Shown: positions 39,254-48,742 of the stretch, one piece after another | Position numbering within the stretch: the stretch's first letter is position 1 | Layout of the letters: each line of letters opens with the position of its first letter | Assembly (NCBI GenBank): GCA_963764715.1 | Contig: CAVXTP010000026.1 | Span: 1 to 64,000, forward strand | DNA: 64,000 nt | Direction of reading: 5' to 3' | Origin: an uncultured Acidobacteriota bacterium | Lineage (GTDB): Bacteria; Acidobacteriota; Thermoanaerobaculia; UBA5066; Gp7-AA6 | Notes under the pieces: generated by a model | Database searches by the model: none | Told to the model about the DNA's origin: nothing | What the model saw: the letters and a program-made list of their open reading frames with translations, nothing else | Position numbers and translations under genes: made by a program

Positions 39254-40879
39254 CTATCGCGGCGGCTCCACGCGTTCGCAGATCAGGGGCCACGGACCCG
39301 GGGGCTCCAGCGGAAAGGTCTCCGCCGAAGCCGCCGCGAGCCTGGACGGATCGTTCAGGTCGAAGAGCATCGCGCTGACGGGGAACAGCGGCTTTTCGGA
39401 GGGCACGGCGACCGACAGGCGTCGGACGCCGATCGTGGAAAGGTAGTTCTCGACGCTCGCGCGCGGAGGCTGGAAGGGCGGAACGGCGGAGGCGATGATC
39501 CAGACGCGGGGCCGGCCCCGATACCGGTCGACCTCGCGGAGCATCACCCGGCGGTCCTCGGCGGAACAGCTTCCGACCTGATAGTCGCCCGCAGCAAGTC
39601 CGTACGCGGGACCGTAGCGCTCGACGGCCTCGCCGGCGATCGGCGTGAAGAAGACGGCGTCGCCCGTCTGGCGGTGCGCGCGCACGAAGGCGAGCACGGT
39701 CTTGTAGTCCTCGACGAAGTAGGGCGGAGGCACGCGGACGAAGGCCCAGGCCGGCCCCGCAACGAAAAGAAGAACCATGCACGCCGCGCCGAGCGCCGGG
39801 TGGACGCGGGCGGCCGTCCGTCGCAGCCACTCGGCTCCCTGCGCGAGGGCGAGGACGAGGCCGGGAAGAACGTACAGCACGAGCCGCGTACGAAAGGGAT
39901 AGAGCTGCGCGACGGCCGCGGCGACCGCCACGGCGAACGGCCCGAGCACGACGAGCGCGCTCCCGCGATTTCTCCTCCAGAGGACGATCAATCCCACGGC
40001 GACCACCGTTCCGTAGAGCGCCGGCCAGAGGTACCGGAGGACCATGTCGTCCCCGAAGAGCTGCGTCGTCCGGTCCCAGAGCCAGAGAAGGTCCGCGGGC
40101 TTTCGGATGGGCCAGGGCGGAAAGCCGCCTCGCGCCCGCCAGAACCGGTCCATGAACGCCCGCGTGTCCGGCGCGATGAGGCGCAGGCCCACGAGGGCCG
40201 CGGCGAGGGAAGCGATCGCCCAGACCGGGACGGCGACGACGAGCGCGCGGCGGGTCGGCCGATCCCGGTCGATCAGCCAGGCGAGGAGCAGGGCCGCTCC
40301 CAGGCCGGCCAGCGCGAACACGGCGGCCTGCGAAAACCACACGAGCACGGCGCCGGCGATCGCCGCGCGGACGCACCGTCCCGTCGTCGAATCCGGATCG
40401 CGCAGGCGCAGGGCGAGGAGCGACATCGCGATCACCGCCGCCATGTCGATCCCGTACTGCTTCACCTCGGCGCAGTACCGGATGAAGGGCGCGCCGATCG
40501 CGAACGTGGCGACGGCGAACGGGACCGCGTAGCCGTCGAGGACGCGCCGGGCGAGGGGCAGGAAGAGGACGAGCCCCGCGAGGCCGACCGGCAGGAGGAG
40601 GAACCGGAGCGCGAGATCGCTTTCGCCGAGAACGCGGCTGATCGCCTTCTCGGCGAGGAGAAAGCCGACGGGCGCGACCTGCTTGTAACCGAGCGGCTCG
40701 GTCGCGAGCTGCGCCGCGGAGCGGTGGACGAGGTTCTTGACGAGCGACAGCTCGTCGAACCAGAGCGACCTGTCGCAGGCGAACTGGTAGACGCGGAGCA
40801 GCGCACCGATCGCGACGAGCGACCAGAGGAAGGCGGGGCGGCACACCGCGGGCGGCCGGGCGGACGGCTGACCGTTCAA
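39254..40879 (-). CDS. GT-C fold membrane glycosyltransferase (PMT/GT39-like)
   Basis: RSLWFDE, SDLALR, EVKQY; many TM helices. Confidence 0.8.
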   Translation of the reverse strand: MNGQPSARPPAVCRPAFLWSLVAIGALLRVYQFACDRSLWFDELSLVKNLVHRSAAQLATEPLGYKQVAPVGFLLAEKAISRVLGESDLALRFLLLPVGLAGLVLFLPLARRVLDGYAVPFAVATFAIGAPFIRYCAEVKQYGIDMAAVIAMSLLALRLRDPDSTTGRCVRAAIAGAVLVWFSQAAVFALAGLGAALLLAWLIDRDRPTRRALVVAVPVWAIASLAAALVGLRLIAPDTRAFMDRFWRARGGFPPWPIRKPADLLWLWDRTTQLFGDDMVLRYLWPALYGTVVAVGLIVLWRRNRGSALVVLGPFAVAVAAAVAQLYPFRTRLVLYVLPGLVLALAQGAEWLRRTAARVHPALGAACMVLLFVAGPAWAFVRVPPPYFVEDYKTVLAFVRAHRQTGDAVFFTPIAGEAVERYGPAYGLAAGDYQVGSCSAEDRRVMLREVDRYRGRPRVWIIASAVPPFQPPRASVENYLSTIGVRRLSVAVPSEKPLFPVSAMLFDLNDPSRLAAASAETFPLEPPGPWPLICERVEPPR

Positions 40880-40938
40880 GTGCCGATAGAGTACGTCAGG
40901 AGGCGGCCCGGCGCGCCCGGCGCTAGACTTCTCCCCCA

Positions 40939-42561
40939 GTGCAGGCCCTCGAGCTCATCCTCGTGCTGCTGGCGGCGACCGCCGCGCTGAATCTGCTGGC
41001 GGTCCGGCTCGTCGTGCCGCCGCCGGTGCTGCTCGTCCTCGGCGGCGCGATCCTGGCGGCGATCCCGGAGCTTCCCCGGCCGAACCTCTCGCCCGAGGTC
41101 ATCTTCCTCGTGTTCGTTCCGCCGCTCCTCTACTGGACGGCGGTCAACACCTCCTGGCGGGACTTCCGGACGAACCTGCGCCCGATCTCGCTGCTCGCCG
41201 TCGGCCTCGTGCTCGCGACGATGGGCGCCGTCGCGGTCGTCGCCCACGCCCTCGCCCCGGAGATCGGCTGGGGGGCGGCCTTCGTGCTGGGCGCGATCGT
41301 GTCGCCGCCCGACCCGGTCGCGGTGACGGCCGTGACGCGGCGGCTCTCCGTCGCCCGCGACATCGTCACGATCCTGGAGGGCGAGGGCCTCGTCAACGAC
41401 GCGACGGCGCTCGTGGCCTACCGGATGGCCGTGGCCGCCGTCGTCGCCGGCGGCTTCTCGCTCGGCGAGGCCGCGGTCGGGTTCGCCTGGAGCGCGGCCG
41501 GAGGCCTCGGCGTGGGGCTCGCGGTCGGGGCGGGCATCGCGTGGATCCGGAGGCGCATCGGCAAGGCGCCCGTCGTCGAGAACACCATCTCCGTCCTGAC
41601 GCCCTTCGCCGCGTACATCCCGGCCGAGCGGCTGGGCACCTCGGGCGTGCTGGCGGTCGTGGCCGTCGGCTTGTACCTCGGGCGCCGCGCGCCGCGCCTG
41701 ATCTCGCCGGAGACCCGCACCCAGTCGACCGCGATGTGGGAGATGTTCTCGTTCTTTCTCGAGGGCCTGATCTTCATCCTCATCGGCCTCGAGCTGCCCT
41801 TCGTCCTGGCCGCGCTCCACGAGTATTCGGCCGGCCGGCTCGCCGCCCTCGCGGCGGCCGTCTCGGGGGCCGCGATCGTGGTGCGCATGATCTGGGTCTT
41901 CCCGGGCAGCTTCCTGACGCGCCGGGTCCTCCGGGGGCTCGGAAGCGAGGAGAAGGACCCGCCCTGGCGCGCCGTGGCCTTCATCGGCTGGGCCGGCCTG
42001 CGCGGAGGCGACTCGCTCGTCATCGCCCTCGCGCTGCCGCTGTCCGTCGCCGCGGGAACGCCCTTCCCCGGCCGGGACCTCATCCTGTTCCTGACGTTCG
42101 CGGTCATCTTCGTCACGCTCGTCCTCCAGGGCCTGACGCTCAAGGCGGTCATCCGCGGCCTCGGCCTGCGCCCGGACGCGGCGACCGAGGAGGAGGTGCT
42201 CAAGGCCCGCGAGCGCGTCTCCGCGGCGGGCCTCGCGGCGCTGCGGGCGCAGCCGGCCGAGGACGCGGAATCGAAGGAGGCCCTCGCCGCGCTCGAGGAG
42301 AAGTACCGGCACCGTTCGCACCGCTACGCGGCGCGGCTGCGCGGCGAGCGCCACGCGCGGGACGAGCACCGCAGCGAGGCCTCCCGCCGCATGCGCCTGT
42401 CCATGATCGCCGCCGAGCGCGACGCGCTCCTGAGGCTTCGCGACGAGAACGTCATCTCCGACGACGTCATGCGCGACATCCAGCGGGACCTCGATCTCGA
42501 GCAGATCCTGATCGAGTCGCGGGAGGCCGCGCAGGGAGTGATGGAGGAGGCGCCGGCGTAG
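40939..42561 (+). CDS. CPA1 Na+/H+ antiporter
   Basis: PPLLY, SPPDPVA, EGEGLVNDA, WAGLRG, LQGLTL. Confidence 0.93.
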   Translation: MQALELILVLLAATAALNLLAVRLVVPPPVLLVLGGAILAAIPELPRPNLSPEVIFLVFVPPLLYWTAVNTSWRDFRTNLRPISLLAVGLVLATMGAVAVVAHALAPEIGWGAAFVLGAIVSPPDPVAVTAVTRRLSVARDIVTILEGEGLVNDATALVAYRMAVAAVVAGGFSLGEAAVGFAWSAAGGLGVGLAVGAGIAWIRRRIGKAPVVENTISVLTPFAAYIPAERLGTSGVLAVVAVGLYLGRRAPRLISPETRTQSTAMWEMFSFFLEGLIFILIGLELPFVLAALHEYSAGRLAALAAAVSGAAIVVRMIWVFPGSFLTRRVLRGLGSEEKDPPWRAVAFIGWAGLRGGDSLVIALALPLSVAAGTPFPGRDLILFLTFAVIFVTLVLQGLTLKAVIRGLGLRPDAATEEEVLKARERVSAAGLAALRAQPAEDAESKEALAALEEKYRHRSHRYAARLRGERHARDEHRSEASRRMRLSMIAAERDALLRLRDENVISDDVMRDIQRDLDLEQILIESREAAQGVMEEAPA

Positions 42562-42615
42562 GGTCGGCCGGGAAAGGGATAAATCACGCCCCGCCGCTAC
42601 ATCCGGGCTCTGGTC

Positions 42616-42674
42616 GTAGGGGCGGCCCTTGTGGCCGCCCGGCTCTTCCGGGCGGGGACAAGCCCCGCCCCTAC
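42616..42674. repeat. GTAG-family REP doublet (REPIN-like)
   Basis: GTAGGGGCGGCCCTTGTGGCCGCCC and inverted GGGCGGGGACAAGCCCCGCCCCTAC. Confidence 0.8.
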
Positions 42675-43480
42675 TTTTTGTGGCGCTTGCCGAAGATCTC
42701 GTCGTATTCCGGCCAGTCGTCGACGAGGCGGAGTCCGAAGCCCGTCGGAGCGGTCGCCGGATCGCCCGTTTCGACGCTCCGCACGACGCGACCGGTCAGC
42801 GCGAGCTTGCGCCCGCCGGGCAGGTTGACGGTCAGCCGCAGCACCGGCCCGGTTCCGGGCACGAGGTTCGACCGCACGAACATGCCGCGCCGCGAGATGT
42901 CGCCCGTGACGCCCGTGCCGCGGAGAGCCCCCTGCGTGAACTCGACCGTCATCTCGGCGCGGCGGCGGCGCGTGACGCGCGTCTCGCTCGTCCCGATCCC
43001 GGGCCGCCGCGGAACGGGAGGCCACGGGTTGCCGGGCGCCGGCGGGGGCGGCGCGAAGTCCTGCGACGTCTCCACCCGCGCGATCTTCCCGCCGACGGTC
43101 CGGCCGTCGACCGGGACGAGGCAGCGGAACGCGACCGGGAAGATCCTCTTCGCCTCCTTCCCCAGGGCGCGCCACTGCTTCGCCAGTTTCTCCGCCGAGA
43201 CCGACCCGTCGAACCAGAAGGCGACGTGGCCGGCTTTCGTCAGGATGACCGGCTGAAGGTAGTCGACGCTCGTGCCCTCGGCCGGAAAGCAGAAGCCCTC
43301 GTACCGGGTCGCGTCGGCGAGATCGAACTCGGTCGCGGCGAGGAAGATCTCGTCGTCCGTCTCCGACAACGACGCGCGCTTCGCCGGGGAAACCAGCGCC
43401 GCCGGGCCGCTGCCGCCCTCGTAGCGCCAGACCGGGCTCGACGCGAAGTCCTCGATCGTCAGGTCGACGAGGCGTTTCAC
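42671..43480 (-). CDS. Unknown N-terminal domain + C-terminal PilZ-like domain
   Basis: RVTRR (RxxxR), DISRRG (DxSxxG), GRVVR...GFGLR; GTG 43480. Confidence 0.8.
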   Translation of the reverse strand: MKRLVDLTIEDFASSPVWRYEGGSGPAALVSPAKRASLSETDDEIFLAATEFDLADATRYEGFCFPAEGTSVDYLQPVILTKAGHVAFWFDGSVSAEKLAKQWRALGKEAKRIFPVAFRCLVPVDGRTVGGKIARVETSQDFAPPPPAPGNPWPPVPRRPGIGTSETRVTRRRRAEMTVEFTQGALRGTGVTGDISRRGMFVRSNLVPGTGPVLRLTVNLPGGRKLALTGRVVRSVETGDPATAPTGFGLRLVDDWPEYDEIFGKRHKK

Positions 43481-43523
43481 GGGACAGAGGTTATGACAAG
43501 ACGGGCGTCGCGCGGCACCGGGC

Positions 43524-44096
43524 ATGATCGAATGGGCCGCGATGCGGAGGCCCGGGGCCGCCAACGAGCGTCTGCGGCGGAGGTATCGGCCGGACCGGGT
43601 GCGCATCCTCTTCGTGGGCGAGGCGCCGCCGGCCTCGGGCCGCTTCTTCTACGCCGGCGACTCGGGCCTCTATCGGGCCGTCCGCGAGGCGTTCGAGGCG
43701 GCGTTTCCGGCCCGCCGGGGCGCGCGCTTCCTCGATTCGTTCCGGGCGCGGGGCTGTTACCTGGTCGACCTGTGCCGCGACCCGGTCGACCGCCTGCGGC
43801 CGCCCGCCCGCCGCCGCGCCCGGCGGGAGGGCGAGCCCCGCCTCGTCCGCTTCGTGCGCCGGGCGCGGCCCGAGGCCGTGATCGTCGTCGTCCGGTCGAT
43901 CGCCCCCAACGTCCGGCGGGCGCTCGCCGGGGCGGGCTTCACCGGGCGCCGCGCCGATTTCGCCTACCCCGGCCGCTGGAAACGGAACCGCGAAGCCTTC
44001 CTGCGGGACCTGCCGTCTTTCCTTCGCGGCGGCGAAACCTCTCGCGGTCCCCGGCGTACCTCCCGTCATGAAGGCTGTAGACCGACTCCACCCTGA
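43524..44096 (+). CDS. Uracil-DNA glycosylase-like superfamily protein
   Basis: YRPDRVRILFVGEAPP..GRFFY, YLVDLC. Confidence 0.6.
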   Translation: MIEWAAMRRPGAANERLRRRYRPDRVRILFVGEAPPASGRFFYAGDSGLYRAVREAFEAAFPARRGARFLDSFRARGCYLVDLCRDPVDRLRPPARRRARREGEPRLVRFVRRARPEAVIVVVRSIAPNVRRALAGAGFTGRRADFAYPGRWKRNREAFLRDLPSFLRGGETSRGPRRTSRHEGCRPTPP

Positions 44097-44115
44097 AGAT
44101 GTAGAGTGTCTACAT
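44076..44115. promoter_or_regulatory. Tandem candidate PadR operators overlapping the start codon
   Basis: ATGTAGA-GTG-TCTACAT (44099-44115) and degenerate TGTAGA-CCG-ACTCCA (44076-44090). Confidence 0.65.
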
Positions 44116-44482
44116 GGTTGAGAAACGCGAGCGCTATCGGGACCCGATCGATCTCCTCCAGGGGACGCTCGATCTCCTCGTGCTCCAGACGCTGACCTGG
44201 GGCCCCCAGCACGGCTACGGCATCACCGCCGCGATCAAGGCCGGCTCCCACAGCGCGCTCCAGGTGGATACCGGTTCCCTCTACCCGGCGCTCCATCGGC
44301 TGGAGCGAGAGGGCTCGGTCGCGTCCGAGTGGAAAGTCTCCGAAAACCGTCAGCGCGTGAAGGTCTACCGGCTCACCCCGGCCGGCCGGCGCAAGCTCTC
44401 GCAGGAGCGTTCGCGCTGGGACCGCCTCCGGGAGGCGATGTCGGGCGTGCTCGACGCTTCGGAGGCTCCCGAGAGCGCATGA
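44114..44482 (+). CDS. Acidobacterial PadR-family regulator
   Basis: LLQGTLDLLVL, HGYGI, GSLYPALHRLE, SENRQR..YRLT. Confidence 0.95.
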   Translation: MVEKRERYRDPIDLLQGTLDLLVLQTLTWGPQHGYGITAAIKAGSHSALQVDTGSLYPALHRLEREGSVASEWKVSENRQRVKVYRLTPAGRRKLSQERSRWDRLREAMSGVLDASEAPESA

Positions 44483-47097
44483 AGATCCCCCGGCCCTTCG
44501 TCGACCGCCGCCGGCGCGAGCGCGAGCTCGACGAGGAGCTCGCCGACCACCTCGCGATGGCCGCCGCCGACCGCGAGGCGCGGGGCGAGCCGCCCGCCGC
44601 CGCGGCCGCCGCCGCACGGCGGGAGCTCGGCAACGAGGCCCTCATCAAGGAGGCCGCGCGCGCCCAGTGGGGCTGGAGCTCGCTCGATCGGCTCCGCCAG
44701 GACCTGCGCTACGGCCTGCGCCTTCTGGCCCGGTCGCCCGGATTCGCCGCGGTCGCGATCCTGACCCTCGCCATCGGCATCGGCGCGAGCACGGCCATCC
44801 TCTCGGTCGTCGACGCCATCCTCCTTCGGCCCCTCGCCTATGCCGATCCGGAGCGGCTCGTCGTTCTCCTGCACGGCGGCGACGGCCCGGTCGCTCCCGC
44901 GAACTACCTCGACTGGAAGGCCCGCGCGCGCTCCTTCGAGAGCATGGGCGCGGCCGAATACTGGACTCCGAACCTGACCGCCGGGGACACGCCCGAGAAG
45001 CTGTGGGCGCTGCGGATGACGCCCGACGTGCTGCCGCTCCTGGGCGTCCGGCCGGCGCTCGGGCGGTTCTTCCTGCCGTCGGAGGCCGTCGCCGGCGCGG
45101 ATCACGTCGTCGTGCTCGGCCACGGCGCCTGGAAGAGCCGGTTCGGCGCCGACCCCGGGATCGTCGGACGCGCGATCACGCTCAACGGCGAGCCCTACAC
45201 GGTCGTCGGCGTCATGCCGCCCGGCTTCCAGTTCGCGCCCTTCTGGGCGACGCAGGCGCAGATCTGGGCGCCGCTCGACCTGACCTCCCGGTCGGCGAAC
45301 CGCACGGGCGCGAGCCTGCGCATCTTCGCCCGGCTCCGGCCCGGCGCGACGGTCGAGAACGCGCGCCGCGAGCTCGCGGCGATCACGGTCGACCTCGACC
45401 GCGAGTTTCCGGGGACCAACCGCGGCATGACCGTCACCCCGCTCCTCGAGAAGGTCGTCGGCGACGTGCGCCCGGCGTTGATGATGCTGCTCGCCGCGGT
45501 GGGCCTCGTTCTCTCGATCGCCTGCGCGAACGTCGCCAACATGCTCCTCGCCCGCTCCTCGGCGCGGCAGCGGGAAGTTGCGCTGCGCTCGGCCCTCGGC
45601 GCGAGCCGCCGGCGCACCATCCGCCAGCTCCTCACCGAGTCCCTGGTCCTCGCCATGGCCGGCGGCATCGCGGGCGCGGCGTTCGGCGCATGGGCGCTGA
45701 AGGTCCTGGTGTCTCTCGCCCCGGAGGGCGTTCCCCGCCTCGCCGAGGCGCGCCTCGACCCGCGCGTCTTCTTCGCCGCCTTCGCCGTCTCGCTCGTTTC
45801 CGGCGTCCTCTTCGGGCTGGCGCCCGCGATCCAGTCCTCCGACGTGCGGCTCCGGGAGGCGCTCGACGAAGGCAGCCGCACCGGGGCCGGGCGCGAAGGC
45901 GGCCGGCTGCGCAGCATCTTCGTCGCGGCCGAGGTCGCGATCGCGATCGTCCTGTTGATCGGCGCCGGGCTGATGACCCGGAGCTTCCTGGCGCTGCAGG
46001 CGATCGACCCCGGCTGGAACCCGGCGGGCGTCGTGACGCTCGAGGTCTCCGTCGCCGGCACGCGCCATGCCGCGCCCGGCCTGCGGCCTCCCCTCTACCG
46101 CCAGGTCCTCGAGCGCCTCTCGGGCGTTCCGGGCGTCACGGCCGCGGGCGCGATCAACCACATTCCGCTCGCGGGCGACATCTGGGGCCTTCCCTACGCC
46201 GTCGACGGGCGCCCGCCGGCGCTTCCGGGCGAGTCGCCCGTGGCGACGTACCGGGCCGTTCTGCCGGGCTATTTCTCCGCGATGCGCCTACCGCTCGTGC
46301 GCGGACGCGACGTCACGCTCGCCGACGACGCCGGCGCGCCGCGGGTCGTCCTCGTCAACGAGCATCTGGCCGCCCGGCAGTGGCCCGGCGCGGACCCCCT
46401 CGGCCGCCGGATCATGCTCGACGACGAGAACTGGCTCACGGTCGTCGGAGTCGTGAAGAACGCGGTGCGCGGCGACTGGTCCGCGCCGCCCGGCGACGAG
46501 GTCTACCTGCCGGCCCTCCAGTCGCGGGAGCTGATGGGCTCGCCGCAGCCGATGTCGGCGTATCTGACCTACGTCGTGCGGACCGACGGCGACCCGGCGG
46601 CCCTCGCGGCGTCCCTTCGCGCCGCGGTCCGGTCGATCGATCCGACGCTCCCGATCTCCGAGGTCGGCACGATGCGCTCGGTCGTCGCGGGGGCCAATGC
46701 CCGGGCCCGCTTCCAGACGCTGCTGCTCGCGGCCTTCGCCGCGGCCGCGGCGCTTCTGGCGGCCGTCGGGATCTACGGCGTCATGAGTTACGCGGTCTCG
46801 AAGCGGGTCCGCGAGATCGGCGTGCGCATGGCCCTCGGCGCCGACCCCGGCCGGGTCGTGCGGCTCGTCGTGCGGCAGGGCATGAAGGTGGCGATCGCGG
46901 GGGCGGCCGCCGGCCTCGTCGCGGCCCTCCTGCTGACGCGGCTCATGGCGGGCCTCCTCTACGGCGTGCGCGCGTCCGACCCCGCGACGTACCTCGCCGT
47001 CGCGCTCCTGCTTCTCTCGATCGCCTGGACGGCGAGCTTCATCCCGGCCCGCCGCGCCGCGCGCATCGATCCGATGAAGGCGCTGCGGGCGGACTAG
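44479..47097 (+). CDS. ADOP-family ABC permease with N-terminal prefix domain
   Basis: ATGA overlap with padR; ERELDEELADHL...ARRELGN; QDLRYGLR, ACANVANML, REIGVRMALGA. Confidence 0.93.
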   Translation: MKIPRPFVDRRRRERELDEELADHLAMAAADREARGEPPAAAAAAARRELGNEALIKEAARAQWGWSSLDRLRQDLRYGLRLLARSPGFAAVAILTLAIGIGASTAILSVVDAILLRPLAYADPERLVVLLHGGDGPVAPANYLDWKARARSFESMGAAEYWTPNLTAGDTPEKLWALRMTPDVLPLLGVRPALGRFFLPSEAVAGADHVVVLGHGAWKSRFGADPGIVGRAITLNGEPYTVVGVMPPGFQFAPFWATQAQIWAPLDLTSRSANRTGASLRIFARLRPGATVENARRELAAITVDLDREFPGTNRGMTVTPLLEKVVGDVRPALMMLLAAVGLVLSIACANVANMLLARSSARQREVALRSALGASRRRTIRQLLTESLVLAMAGGIAGAAFGAWALKVLVSLAPEGVPRLAEARLDPRVFFAAFAVSLVSGVLFGLAPAIQSSDVRLREALDEGSRTGAGREGGRLRSIFVAAEVAIAIVLLIGAGLMTRSFLALQAIDPGWNPAGVVTLEVSVAGTRHAAPGLRPPLYRQVLERLSGVPGVTAAGAINHIPLAGDIWGLPYAVDGRPPALPGESPVATYRAVLPGYFSAMRLPLVRGRDVTLADDAGAPRVVLVNEHLAARQWPGADPLGRRIMLDDENWLTVVGVVKNAVRGDWSAPPGDEVYLPALQSRELMGSPQPMSAYLTYVVRTDGDPAALAASLRAAVRSIDPTLPISEVGTMRSVVAGANARARFQTLLLAAFAAAAALLAAVGIYGVMSYAVSKRVREIGVRMALGADPGRVVRLVVRQGMKVAIAGAAAGLVAALLLTRLMAGLLYGVRASDPATYLAVALLLLSIAWTASFIPARRAARIDPMKALRAD

Positions 47098-47116
47098 GCC
47101 GCGGGGCGACCCCGCG

Positions 47117-48571
47117 TCACGGCGCCGGCGTCCGGGCGAGAATCGCCGCGCCGGGCACGTGGTGGACCGCGGCCCGGGTCGGCGACGGCACGAGGATCGC
47201 CCCCGCGTGGGCGGCCACGCCCGCGGGCACGTGCCCGAGCGCGGCCGGCGGGACGCGGAGCATGCCGGGCCGGACCCACTGCGTCGCCGCGGGCGGGAAG
47301 CTCTGCCGGTGCGACGTGACGAAATTCACGGCGACCCGCGCGCGTCCGCCCGCGGGGCACCCGCCCTGCAGGCGATAGGCCACGACGGCGGTCCGGCCGT
47401 CGAACCGCTCGACGACGGCGGAGGACGACGTCAGGTTGTCCGCTTCCACGACCTCGGGATGCACCTCGGACACCGTCTCACCCGGCGCGAGATCGGCCGA
47501 GACCGTCAGCTCCCCTTCCTTCGCCGCACCGCAGGGCGCCTCGATCGCCTCGGGCGTCGGCTGCGTCTGGCGCAGGGCGATCTTGGCGGTGGCGAAGTCG
47601 GCGATCCGGAACGCGGTCCCGCCCGCGAGGATCCCCGGCCGGACCTCGGCCACGGCCGTGCGCACCTGCATCGCCGCCGGGCCGAGCTGGTTCTTGTAGG
47701 CCGCGAGGAGCGCCACGTAGATCTCGTCGTCGCGGCCCTTCGGCTTCACGATGTCGAGATGGTTGGCCTGGATCGCCGTCGTGGCGCGGTTGCAGAGGTA
47801 GGTCGCGCTGACCTCGGGCACGATCTTGAACCCGTACGTGGGCCGCACCTCGTAGGCGCAGTACGACGAGACCTTGCGCGGATAGTCGAGGCCGGGGTCG
47901 TCGCTCGCCCGCAGCCAGCGCTCGCGGAGCGTCTTCACGTAGGTGTCCGGGCCGAGAGGCTGCATGTTGTCGAGCTGGGGGTTCGCGGTCAGGTGCATGG
48001 CGATCTCGGCGACGTTCGCGCCGGCCGTCGGCGTGCCGAAGAAGAAGAGGAAGGCGACCTTTTCCGGCGGGATGCGCGCGTCGAGCAGGTACGCGCGCAC
48101 GACGAGCCCGCCCATGCTGTGGCAGACGAAGACGATCTCGCCGTGGTCCCGGATGACGTTCCGGGCGTCCAGGTAGTTCTTCAGACGGCCGGCGAGCTCG
48201 AGAATCTCTTGCGCGCTTCCGAGCTTCGGCGACTCGAAGTCGTAGACGTAGATGTCGGACTCGGCGAACTCGGCGTCGGCGGCGAGGAGGTCCGGCCAGT
48301 AGGCGCCGCTCTCGGCGTTGGTCCACGTCGACACCGAATCGCCGAAGACCCCGTTGACGAAGATGATCACCCGGTTCTTGCCCGGTCCCCGCACGTAGCG
48401 CGAGCGCCCTCCCTCGGGCGCCGCCGGAGACGCCGTCACGCCGGCCGGCGCGCCCGGGCCCTTCGACTCCTTCTTCGGGCACCCGGCGGAGCTGAGCAGG
48501 ACGAGGACACATGCCGCCGCGAAGCCGAGGTCCCTCCCCGAGCGACGCCGCGGAGAGCCGATCATGCGCAT
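47117..48571 (-). CDS. Lipoprotein alpha/beta hydrolase (DUF676/PGAP1/SesB-like) with extra C-terminal domain
   Basis: SAGC lipobox-like; IFVNGVFG, WPDLL, CHSMGG, FGTP, NHLDIVKP. Confidence 0.8.
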   Translation of the reverse strand: MRMIGSPRRRSGRDLGFAAACVLVLLSSAGCPKKESKGPGAPAGVTASPAAPEGGRSRYVRGPGKNRVIIFVNGVFGDSVSTWTNAESGAYWPDLLAADAEFAESDIYVYDFESPKLGSAQEILELAGRLKNYLDARNVIRDHGEIVFVCHSMGGLVVRAYLLDARIPPEKVAFLFFFGTPTAGANVAEIAMHLTANPQLDNMQPLGPDTYVKTLRERWLRASDDPGLDYPRKVSSYCAYEVRPTYGFKIVPEVSATYLCNRATTAIQANHLDIVKPKGRDDEIYVALLAAYKNQLGPAAMQVRTAVAEVRPGILAGGTAFRIADFATAKIALRQTQPTPEAIEAPCGAAKEGELTVSADLAPGETVSEVHPEVVEADNLTSSSAVVERFDGRTAVVAYRLQGGCPAGGRARVAVNFVTSHRQSFPPAATQWVRPGMLRVPPAALGHVPAGVAAHAGAILVPSPTRAAVHHVPGAAILARTPAP

Positions 48572-48742
48572 CCTGCACCACCTGTCGGGAAGACGGCGGC
48601 CCCCCGGAGGACCGCCGTGGACCGGACGAGCGTACCGCGGAAACGCCGCCGGCGAAACGACCGCGGCGCGGCGGTCGTCGGAAACCGAGCGCCTGGTGCG
48701 ACAATCCGAGAACACGCACACGCGACGACAAGGGAGGTCCTC

